Positions 44,114 to 50,735 are shown, counted from the first letter of the stretch. The stretch is DNA of 64,000 nucleotides from Lentisphaerota bacterium (GCA_015061665.1 SUWC01000002.1:5227-69226), one strand, 5' to 3'. A program made the numbers and translations. The notes: generated by a model from the sequence alone, not told the origin.

Positions 44114-44297
44114 CCAATAATATACCAAATAATTAGCAGCCGCACAAGTGACCTTCTACAATATGTTGTGGAATAGTCGCATCTGTGTTCTATCCCATCC
44201 GTTTTGAGATGGAATATTTAGTGGAACAGCATGCCTCTAAGTAATAGTGCAAGGGCTTACCGACATTTTGCTTGCTAATCACTTGGTATATTATTAG
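44114..44297. repeat. Imperfect ~27-bp inverted repeat pair flanking a ~129-bp AT-rich spacer
   Basis: Arm 1 is CCAATAATATACCAAATAATTAGCAGC (44114-44140). The reverse complement of arm 2 is CTAATAATATACCAAGTGATTAGCAAGC (44270-44297). About 24 of 28 positions match. Confidence 0.75.
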
Positions 44298-44487
44298 CAG
44301 TGACCCTAATAGGGGTTATGTATGGAAGGGGAACTTCTATCTAATTGCGCCTGTAAAATGGGCGAAATGTCAAGTTTGGATGCATACTTGACGGGGCGAG
44401 AGCGTTTCGCGAAACGGCTTCCGCTGTTGTTTTTGCGGGTTATGTTCTCAAAGGATTGAATATCGCCGAGTATTATTGCCGCTGGCC

Positions 44488-44520
44488 GTGTAGAAGTTTC
44501 AGGCAGGATTGAGAAGAAGG
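44488..44520 (+). repeat. Island repeat family, short copy (GTGTAGAAG-TTTCAGGCAGGATTGAGAAG module)
   Basis: It shares the GTGTAGAR iteron and the CAGGATTGAGAAG module with the copies at 44843, 45781, 49341 and 49843. Confidence 0.8.
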
Positions 44521-44533
44521 TAGAGTCTCGCTA

Positions 44534-44562
44534 TTGAGCCAATTGCCCAAAAATGCTACAAT
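44534..44562 (+). promoter_or_regulatory. Sigma70-like promoter (TTGAGC - 17 nt - TGcTACAAT)
   Basis: The -35 is TTGAGC (44534-44539) and the extended -10 is TGCTACAAT, with the hexamer at 44557-44562. It lies 34 nt upstream of ATG 44596. A near-identical module (TCTCGCTATTGAGC..CCCAAAAATG) is repeated at 45127-45165. Confidence 0.6.
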
Positions 44563-44595
44563 ATAGCTAATGAATGCTGATTAGGGCTGCAGAAA

Positions 44596-44835
44596 ATGAC
44601 AAAGACATTTAGAGCTCTTCGGATGGAAGACGAAAAGGAAGACTATTCCTGGGCTTTGGCCCTTGACGACTCAGAGCGCCTGAAAATCGCGACAAAGCTT
44701 GTCTGCGACCTTTGGTCGGCGGCGCACAACGGGTCTCCGTTCCCGCCTATGAACCGAACAGTCTATAGCTATATACCTGTTGCCGCAAAGAACGCAGAGT
44801 GCGCAGAGAATTTAACCACGAATTACACGAAATGA
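44596..44835 (+). CDS. Small hypothetical protein (79 aa)
   Basis: The ORF lies downstream of a good promoter. No domain was recognised. The pattern F..L..EDE..DY.....L...ERL resembles small proteins often seen beside toxin-antitoxin genes. Confidence 0.45.
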   Translation: MTKTFRALRMEDEKEDYSWALALDDSERLKIATKLVCDLWSAAHNGSPFPPMNRTVYSYIPVAAKNAECAENLTTNYTK

Positions 44836-44842
44836 CAATAGC

Positions 44843-45126
44843 CGTGTAGAACGTGTAGAGCGTGTAGAGTTTTCAGACAAGATTAACAGGATTTGCAGGA
44901 TTGAGAAGTTGGCTTGTAATCGACAGAATGTGAATTGCAGGGGGTCCGTCGCTCCGCGACGGACCATGGATAGTGAAAGAATGTTAATGAGTGCCGACAG
45001 AACCATGGAGACGCGGCATCTTGCCGCGTCAAGGACTGAGCAATTGAACACTCTAATTAATGGCGCCTGCGGCGCGACCACGAATAAACACGAACCGCTG
45101 TGATCTGCGTTGCGACATTTAGCGAC
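44843..45126 (+). repeat. Island repeat family, long copy 1 (3x 9-nt iterons, CAGGATT module, three hairpins)
   Basis: Iterons CGTGTAGAA/CGTGTAGAG/CGTGTAGAG lie at 44843-44869. Hairpin stems are at 44943-44965 (10-bp stem), 45010-45030 (9-bp stem) and 45063-45075 (5-bp stem). The core (about 44930-45073) is almost identical to 49397-49553. Confidence 0.9.
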
Positions 45127-45136
45127 TGTCTCGCTA

Positions 45137-45165
45137 TTGAGCTAAACGCCCAAAAATGGTATGAT
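45137..45165 (+). promoter_or_regulatory. Sigma70-like promoter (TTGAGC - 17 nt - TGgTATGAT)
   Basis: It is a duplicate of the 44534 promoter module and lies 41 nt upstream of ATG 45206. Confidence 0.55.
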
Positions 45166-45205
45166 ATTTATATAACGTAGTGAGGCACAGTATTAATTTG
45201 AAGAT

Positions 45206-45397
45206 ATGGCGGAACTAGACGACAGATTCTCGGAAGAGGCGAAGCTGCTTGCGCGGCTTGCGCCCAAGGCAAGCATGGAGGCTGTTCGCGCGGCCTGGGC
45301 GCGCGGCTTGTCAGTGACTGTTCTCGAGAACGGCAAGATCGTCAGCATCGCGCCTGACGGCACGCGGACGTTTGTCAAGGAGCTTCAGCCGCTATGA
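45206..45397 (+). CDS. Small antitoxin-like protein (63 aa)
   Basis: It overlaps (ATGA) the start of a P-loop zeta/COG4185-like toxin fragment. A small upstream partner is typical for such modules. Confidence 0.45.
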   Translation: MAELDDRFSEEAKLLARLAPKASMEAVRAAWARGLSVTVLENGKIVSIAPDGTRTFVKELQPL

Positions 45398-45552
45398 CAA
45401 AGCGTTTCAGAATGATCGCCGGCCCCAATGGATCCGGCAAGTCTACCCTTGCCGGCCTGCTGCGTCGGGACTACGCCGTCAACTTCTATACTATGCTTAA
45501 TGCCGACGACTTCGTTCCTTGGTCAGATTGCAAATGTGGAGGTGTCCCATGA
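45394..45552 (+). pseudogene. Truncated zeta-toxin/COG4185-like P-loop kinase (only 52 codons remain)
   Basis: My own translation is MTKRFRMIAGPNGSGKSTLAGLLRRDYAVNFYTMLNADDF..., which has a Walker A motif and then stops after 52 codons. Full-length relatives are about 200 aa. Confidence 0.6.
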
Positions 45553-45776
45553 GTGAGGCGAAGGCAGCGGAAATCGCCGAGTTGGCGGACATGATATTGA
45601 ACGGCTATGCCGTGACAAGGGATGGCGAGAATTTCAAGGTAGTAAACCTTCGCACCGGCAAGGCCGCGTACATAATGTCTTCAGGCGAGTTGAGCGAGAC
45701 TAACATGGATGATGTCGAGTCTGAGATCGCCGTCCGCATCGTGAATGAAAACCGCAGATACATTTGCGCAGCCTGA
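45549..45776 (+). CDS. Small hypothetical protein (75 aa)
   Basis: ATG 45549 (Met11 of ORF 45519) overlaps the stop of the toxin fragment (ATGA). No domain was recognised. Confidence 0.4.
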   Translation: MSEAKAAEIAELADMILNGYAVTRDGENFKVVNLRTGKAAYIMSSGELSETNMDDVESEIAVRIVNENRRYICAA

Positions 45777-45780
45777 GAAC

Positions 45781-45960
45781 GTGTAGAAGTTTCAGGCAGG
45801 ATTAACAGGATAGATAAGTAGCTTGTTGTCTCATGATTGTGAATTTCAGGGGGTCCGCGCGCCTGATTTCTCCGTCCCTTTAGTCCCGTCTGTCCCTTGT
45901 GTCCCGTTAACCTGAAATTGAACAGACAGGATTAACAAGATTTACAGGATTGAGAATAGC
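45781..45960 (+). repeat. Island repeat family, variant copy (iteron, CAGGATT modules, GTCCC x4 at 9-nt spacing)
   Basis: GTGTAGAAGTTTCAGGCAGGATTAACAGGAT begins 5 nt after the stop at 45776. The GAATTTCAGG...CCTGAAATTG inverted pair encloses ccGTCCCtttaGTCCCgtctGTCCCttgtGTCCCg. The copy ends with ACAGGATTAACAAGATTTACAGGATTGAGAA. Confidence 0.8.
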
Positions 45961-45965
45961 CATTG

Positions 45966-45995
45966 TTGAAGTACTGAGGTTGGATATGGTATAAT
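45966..45995 (+). promoter_or_regulatory. Sigma70-like promoter (TTGAAG - 18 nt - TGgTATAAT)
   Basis: The -35 is at 45966-45971 and the extended -10 has TATAAT at 45990-45995. It lies 20 nt upstream of ATG 46015. Confidence 0.55.
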
Positions 45996-46014
45996 TTATG
46001 CGAAAGGAAAATTT

Positions 46015-46203
46015 ATGCGAGTGCTGACAAAAGAACAATATGACGAGATCCGCAGCTCAAAAGTGTATCAGATGATCATGAACGAGCCGCCGCCGGACCA
46101 TACTGCTCTGAACAGGGATGCCGAAGCCTTTGCAAAGTGGATTGCGCGTATTCATAAAAAAGAGCGCAAAAGCATGTTCGAGCCCTCAATGGAGCGTGTA
46201 TGA
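46015..46203 (+). CDS. Small protein, putative antitoxin partner of the GNAT toxin (62 aa)
   Basis: Its stop overlaps the GNAT gene start (ATGA). It does not look like the canonical DUF1778/RHH partner. Confidence 0.45.
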   Translation: MRVLTKEQYDEIRSSKVYQMIMNEPPPDHTALNRDAEAFAKWIARIHKKERKSMFEPSMERV

Positions 46204-46790
46204 AGTTCATTGAGCCAGGTACTGGCGAATTCACGTTGGAGCATTTGACTGATTCTGAAGAGAATCGGAGGCTTATTTGTAATTTCGCGTCCGGCAACAA
46301 CGCGTTCGGACTGGAACAGTATTTGAAAGATCTGGCATTGGAAGATGAACATCTTTGGGAGAGCCGTACTTATCTCGTCAAGGATTCGTTCACAAGAGAT
46401 TTAGCATGCTACTTTTCGCTCAGGACATGTTTGGTTCCTCTTTCAATTGGGAATGGCAAATTCTTTACTATACCGGGTGTTGAGTTGGCTAATTTTGCCG
46501 TAAATGAGGCGTATAGGCAAGCCGAAAGGGAAAAAGGGCGAGTGACGAAGAAGATTGGTGCCTATGTGTTTTCCCAGTTCATCCTTCCAATCTCAAGGCA
46601 TGTGGCTGAATTTGTCGGAGCGAAGTGGTTGTGCATTTATGCGATCCCCGAGGCGAAGTTGCTGGAGTATTATAGCCGACTTGGGTTTAGGCGTCTCGAC
46701 AGATTGCAGGAAAATTTTGTATATGGGCATGTGAAGCCGGAGTACGACCAGAATTGCATCTTCATGTATCAAAGTATTAAAACCGCTTGA
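46200..46790 (+). CDS. GNAT-family acetyltransferase, TacT-like toxin architecture
   Basis: 196 aa. N-terminal F.SGNNAFGLEQYLKDLALEDE, then LACYFSL, IPGVELANFAVNEAYRQ and WLCIYAIPEAKLLEYYSRLGFRRL match the layout of TA-type GNAT toxins. Confidence 0.6.
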   Translation: MKFIEPGTGEFTLEHLTDSEENRRLICNFASGNNAFGLEQYLKDLALEDEHLWESRTYLVKDSFTRDLACYFSLRTCLVPLSIGNGKFFTIPGVELANFAVNEAYRQAEREKGRVTKKIGAYVFSQFILPISRHVAEFVGAKWLCIYAIPEAKLLEYYSRLGFRRLDRLQENFVYGHVKPEYDQNCIFMYQSIKTA

Positions 46791-46845
46791 GTCTCCTGTT
46801 TTACCGCCGCCCGCGCTTCGCACGGGAATGTAAACGAGGGTAACT

Positions 46846-47517
46846 TTGGCGGTTGCTTTCGCTATCGGGAGTCTCGGTGTTTGGGAGAAAATCTCAAAAA
46901 TGCGATTCTCCAGAACTCCAAAACTCCCAGCAGCGAAAGCAATAACAGAAAACATCAATCTACTTATGAAATCATCAGTCGAAATCACTCTAAAATCACT
47001 CTCGCTCACCTCTATTCCTGAAAAGGCATTGCTAATCTCCCGCAACCTTCTCACCGTCGAGATGATCTGGCCTAAGGTTGGTACGCCGAGGAAGTCCGCG
47101 ACGCGGCAGATCACGATGAAGAAGGGTAAGTGCGACTTCACCGCCGAGCCGTGGGCAAAGCGCGTGCTTTTCCGCGAAGACATCGACGGACACACGGCGT
47201 TCACGGTTTCCATCGCCGAGCCGGTGACGATGCAGAAACTTCATCGTTTGCTGCAGCTGACGGCAAAGGCGGCGCTTAAGGAAGGTGCGGACATGATTGA
47301 CGCTGCGCTTGTGTCGTATGGCGACATTGCTGCTGCGCCGGTGGATGCGCTTGCGACGATGGTTGCCGAAAAGGACGCGCCGCGCATCATCGTGCAGGGT
47401 ATTCTTGACTATGACGAACTCCCGGCGGCTGGCGAGGAAAAGGAAGTCGTTATACCCCTCACCCGCCCGAAACTTGGCAAATCGGTCGGTAGTCTCACAC
47501 TCGTTGTTAAAGGTTAA
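46846..47517 (+). CDS. Hypothetical protein (start uncertain; up to 223 aa)
   Basis: The track ORF starts at a TTG. In-frame ATGs lie at 46900 and 46966. The stop overlaps the next gene start by 1 nt (TAATG), which supports a real operon. No domain was recognised. Confidence 0.45.
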   Translation: MAVAFAIGSLGVWEKISKMRFSRTPKLPAAKAITENINLLMKSSVEITLKSLSLTSIPEKALLISRNLLTVEMIWPKVGTPRKSATRQITMKKGKCDFTAEPWAKRVLFREDIDGHTAFTVSIAEPVTMQKLHRLLQLTAKAALKEGADMIDAALVSYGDIAAAPVDALATMVAEKDAPRIIVQGILDYDELPAAGEEKEVVIPLTRPKLGKSVGSLTLVVKG

Positions 47518-48050
47518 TGAAACGCATCACCACACTCGGTAAAGTCCTTCAGGTTCTCACTTTCTACAAGTGGGCGTTTGGGGATTTGACCGATCAGGAC
47601 TCAGATGTCGGTCTGCTCGCCGAGTATCTTGTCGGCGATATCCTTAACTGCCTGCCGCCGACTCGCAAGGTGCAAGCGCCGTTCGACCTTATCATGAAGG
47701 ATGGCACGACAATTGAGGTTAAGGCCACGACGCACAAGCGTGAAAAGAAAGGCCGCACACCTTACTATTGCTGGGATGTCTCCACTCAGTCCGAAATGCT
47801 GAAGGGGAACCGTCCGATTGCCGACTACTGGGTGTTCTTGATTGCTTCTTTCCCGCGCGAGACCTCACGTACTCCGCGCGTCGTGCAGGCATTCGACACA
47901 AAGAACTGGAAGTGCTATGTCGTCTCCGGCGAAAAGCTCCGCACGGCGGGTTGCACAAAGTATGTCTCCGAATCGACTTTGAAAAGGCTTGATGTTGTGG
48001 CGTTCTCCCTTGGGGAGCTGAAGAAGAGGCTTAACCACGAAATACACTAA
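47517..48050 (+). CDS. PD-(D/E)xK-like nuclease-fold protein (177 aa)
   Basis: Motif order is GLLAEYLVGD (E), APFDLIM (D), then TTIEVKAT (E-x-K), with spacing typical of restriction-endonuclease-like folds. The call rests on motifs only. Confidence 0.45.
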   Translation: MKRITTLGKVLQVLTFYKWAFGDLTDQDSDVGLLAEYLVGDILNCLPPTRKVQAPFDLIMKDGTTIEVKATTHKREKKGRTPYYCWDVSTQSEMLKGNRPIADYWVFLIASFPRETSRTPRVVQAFDTKNWKCYVVSGEKLRTAGCTKYVSESTLKRLDVVAFSLGELKKRLNHEIH

Positions 48051-48060
48051 ATACACGAAA

Positions 48061-48387
48061 GTGGTAAACACGGCTAAAATCTTTCTCGCACTAACGGCTC
48101 TCGCGCTATCCGGTTGCGTGAGCTTGGACCTGGCGAGTGCAGCCGATGCGGACGAGAACTCGAAGATTCAGTTCCGTGACGTCTCGAGCGCCTACTGCTG
48201 GGACTGGGGAAAGTCCGCGCAGGAGCTGCTGCACGAACACCTCCAGAGCGCGGACGGAACTGTAGACGAACGCGGGATGCAGAGCATCGTCATATCGCAG
48301 ATCTGGTGGGAAGTGCTCGCCACATTGGGCTCGCTCGGAATCGCCAAGCCGTCCGAATACACCATCGTGCTGGAGGCTGGTGAATGA
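48061..48387 (+). CDS. Small lipoprotein (108 aa)
   Basis: GTG start. Signal peptide with lipobox (IFLALTALALSGC). The stop overlaps the DUF2235 gene start (ATGA). Confidence 0.55.
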   Translation: MVNTAKIFLALTALALSGCVSLDLASAADADENSKIQFRDVSSAYCWDWGKSAQELLHEHLQSADGTVDERGMQSIVISQIWWEVLATLGSLGIAKPSEYTIVLEAGE

Positions 48388-49346
48388 AGCTAGCGGTGTT
48401 TTTCGACGGAACTTGGAACGAGCCCTCGACGCGAACGAACGTCTGGAAGCTCAAGCAGGACCTCGACTGCTCCGCAGCCACGGACACGAAGGCGACCTAC
48501 ATCGAGGGAATCGGAACCGTGAAGGGCAAGGAACTCCTCGCCGGTGCGTTCGCGACAGATCTGCCGCGTCAGCTCGGACTCGGCTACAGCTGGCTCGTGA
48601 AGAAGATCCTGAACGCTCCGAAGGACGAGAAGATCTCCATCTACCTCTTCGGCTTCAGCCGCGGCGGATACATCGCGCACGCGCTCAGCTGGCTCCTCTC
48701 CGAAGTCGGAGTTCCTACTCGCTTCGCCTCAGCCATTCCGATTGCCGAGGCATACGCGAAGAAGGATGCGAAGGCGCTGGATAAACTTAAGAAGGGCGGG
48801 GTACTATCGTCGCCGAAAATCGCCATGCTCGGACTCTGGGACGCGGTGTCGTCTCCGCACGACTTCTATCGCGGCTACCACGACGGACTCCGCGCGGGAT
48901 CAGTCGCGCGCATCTACCACGCGATGGCTACGGACGAAAGGCGCAAGCTCTACGGCGCGATGCAGTACGCAAGCGACAGGGCGGTGGTGCAGCGGTGGTT
49001 CTCTGGGGTGCACATGGATGTCGGCGGTGGGTATCCGGAGTGCGAACTCTCGGACGTAACGCTCGACTGGATGAAGCGCAAGGCGGTCCGATGCGGGTTA
49101 TCCTTCAAGACGCCGCTCCCGAAGCGTCCGCGCAGCTACGACTTCTCAACGCTCGCGGCGGTACACAACGAAGAGACGCCGCTCGATCCGATCAGGAAGC
49201 GCACCTTCCACGCAGGCCAGTCAATCGACCGCTCCGTCCGCGACCGCGTGAAGACCTCCCCGGGCTACTTCCCCGCCATCGCCGAAGTTCCCTCGCTTCT
49301 CATCGACTGGCTGAAAGGGCTTGTTTCCGGTAGGGCGATCGTGTAG
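48384..49346 (+). CDS. DUF2235-family alpha/beta hydrolase (Tle1-like lipase fold)
   Basis: 320 aa with N-terminal VFFDGTWN, the nucleophile elbow GFSRGG, and later LGLWDAVSS and HMDVGGGY blocks, as in DUF2235/T6SS Tle1-type phospholipases. Confidence 0.7.
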   Translation: MKLAVFFDGTWNEPSTRTNVWKLKQDLDCSAATDTKATYIEGIGTVKGKELLAGAFATDLPRQLGLGYSWLVKKILNAPKDEKISIYLFGFSRGGYIAHALSWLLSEVGVPTRFASAIPIAEAYAKKDAKALDKLKKGGVLSSPKIAMLGLWDAVSSPHDFYRGYHDGLRAGSVARIYHAMATDERRKLYGAMQYASDRAVVQRWFSGVHMDVGGGYPECELSDVTLDWMKRKAVRCGLSFKTPLPKRPRSYDFSTLAAVHNEETPLDPIRKRTFHAGQSIDRSVRDRVKTSPGYFPAIAEVPSLLIDWLKGLVSGRAIV

Positions 49347-49746
49347 ATGTTTTGGACAGAATTTACAGAATTGAGAGTGGTTGTAGTCGAATGATTGCGA
49401 ATTGCAGGGGGTCCGTCGCTCCGCGACGGACCATGGATAGTGAAAGAATGTTAATGAGTGCCGCAAGAACCATGGAGACGTGGCTTCCAGTCGCGTCAAG
49501 GACTGCACAATTGAACACTCTAATTAATGGCGCCTTTGGCGCGACCACGAAAACCGGCGAATCGATGAGTCGCCTGACGGCGACTTGGCGCTGTCGTGTC
49601 CGCACCCAGCCTCGGCTTCGCCAGGCGGTGCGTACACGCCATCGCCAACCCTGCGGGGCACATCGCTTCGCCGGACACGAATGCCCGTCTTCGCGGGACA
49701 CGAATAAACACGAACCGCTGTGAACCGCGTTGCGATACTCAGCGAC
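49341..49746 (+). repeat. Island repeat family, long copy 2 (with a ~147-nt GC-rich insertion)
   Basis: A GTGTAGA iteron overlaps the stop at 49344-49346. Hairpin stems lie at 49410-49432 and 49477-49497. Relative to copy 1, an extra segment (about 49552-49698) sits between ...GCGACCACGAA and CACGAATAAACACGAACCGCTGTGA. Confidence 0.9.
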
Positions 49747-49842
49747 GAACAGCAGGATTGAACTGGTAGGGACGGCGTTCTACCGCCGTCCGCATGGTAG
49801 GGCGGGCGCGCCGCGCACGCCGCAAAGAGCGATGATTATAGC

Positions 49843-49905
49843 CGAGTAGAACATGTAGAACGTATAGAAGTTTTAGACAAGAATTTACAGGATTGAGAAG
49901 TTGCC
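49843..49905 (+). repeat. Island repeat family, 5' module only (3 degenerate 9-nt iterons and a CAGGATTGAGAAG module)
   Basis: CGAGTAGAA/CATGTAGAA/CGTATAGAA is followed by GTTTTAGACAAGAATTTACAGGATTGAGAAGTTG. It marks the junction to the most AT-rich DNA. Confidence 0.8.
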
Positions 49906-50123
49906 AGGTGATTGTAAATTGCTGCTGCTGAGATGAATTGAGATTGCCGATAAGGTGGGGTGAAGATTATGAAGAGTGTGGGAATGGTTAGCGATAACAG
50001 TCTGGCCGCGGTTCGGCGTTGGAGGCTAGGTTGGGAAAGTGTCCACATAGTATTGCGGGCTATTCGCAATCGCATTGAGTCAAACCATAAATAAAGTGCT
50101 TTAAGTGGTCTTTTGGCATTAGA

Positions 50124-50729
50124 ATGGATTATAATAGAACCATAGGCGAAACGGTGCAGGAGCGGATTAAAAGTATCCGCAGTGTCAATGATTTTACCGC
50201 AAATGTAATCAACCTTATAGAGACAAATAGTAGTAATAACATAGAGGAGATACTGAAAGAGTATCGATATGCAACAGAGTTGTTGTTGACGTTTGTTGAA
50301 GATCCAAGTGCAATACAAAGGTTAAAAGAGGTTGAATTACACGTCCAAAAGGCCTGTAAAATGGCCTTGAATAAGGCATTTGAAATTTTTTATGATCGAT
50401 ATGAGAACTATTATGAGAGATTAACCAGAATTAGTAGGTTCACAAATGTTGCTAGGAAGTCGCTTCTTCGGTTGCGAACTGAAATGGATGCTGCAAGAAT
50501 TTATGAAAAGGTGGCGGCGATTGAGCAGATAGAGGATTTTGATGAATATACGAAGCAAGCTGTTGTTATACAGAAAAGTATAATAGAGATTTCGAGATTA
50601 ACAGAAATCGCGCTTGTTGAGTGTGAGAAATTTGTAAAAGATAGAAGAAAAAGAGCTGTTCTCCTAATACTAGCAATCATACTTGGCGGCGGTATCGGTA
50701 TAGCAGTGGCCGTTTTAATTGGCTGGTAG
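50124..50729 (+). CDS. Tail-anchored helical protein A (201 aa)
   Basis: A predicted all-helical soluble domain is followed by a single C-terminal TM (AVLLILAIILGGGIGIAVAVLIGW). No family was recognised. Confidence 0.55.
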   Translation: MDYNRTIGETVQERIKSIRSVNDFTANVINLIETNSSNNIEEILKEYRYATELLLTFVEDPSAIQRLKEVELHVQKACKMALNKAFEIFYDRYENYYERLTRISRFTNVARKSLLRLRTEMDAARIYEKVAAIEQIEDFDEYTKQAVVIQKSIIEISRLTEIALVECEKFVKDRRKRAVLLILAIILGGGIGIAVAVLIGW

Positions 50730-50735
50730 TTTGCA

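Noticed and set aside
43960-44595. A tRNA, tmRNA or integrase gene was expected at the island border. A 45-codon ORF at 44322..44459 was also noted.
   Set aside because: I could not fold any cloverleaf-like segment or find conserved T-loop or anticodon features. No recombinase motifs were found. The 45-codon ORF has no recognisable features and no clear ribosome-binding site.
44843-44869. The tandem 9-nt units (CGTGTAGAR x3; also 49843-49869, and GTCCC at 9-nt spacing at 45880-45910) were considered as a possible CRISPR array or integron attC sites.
   Set aside because: The units are far too short and have no spacers, so they are not a CRISPR array. No GTTRRRY core, no R''/L''-L'/R' attC geometry and no IntI-like gene are visible. 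They are reported only as an unclassified repeat family.
44909-45103. ORFs 44909..45103 (64 aa) and 49352..49723 (123 aa) share the sequence NCRGSVAPRRTMDSERMLMSA..
   Set aside because: They run straight through the hairpin-rich repeat copies. They start at TTG or poor contexts and differ by the 147-nt insertion. The similarity is explained by the DNA repeat, not by a protein family.
46593-47213. Minus-strand ORF of 206 aa, antisense to the GNAT 3' end and to the 46846 gene.
   Set aside because: It overlaps two + strand ORFs that show translational coupling to their neighbours. It has no motifs and no plausible promoter or ribosome-binding site.
49836-50318. Minus-strand ORF of 160 aa that overlaps the start of tail-anchored protein A and the last repeat copy.
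   Set aside because: The translation has AT-rich codon noise (Ile/Tyr/Phe/Cys-rich). It overlaps a better + strand gene and is the only minus-strand candidate in a uniformly + oriented region.
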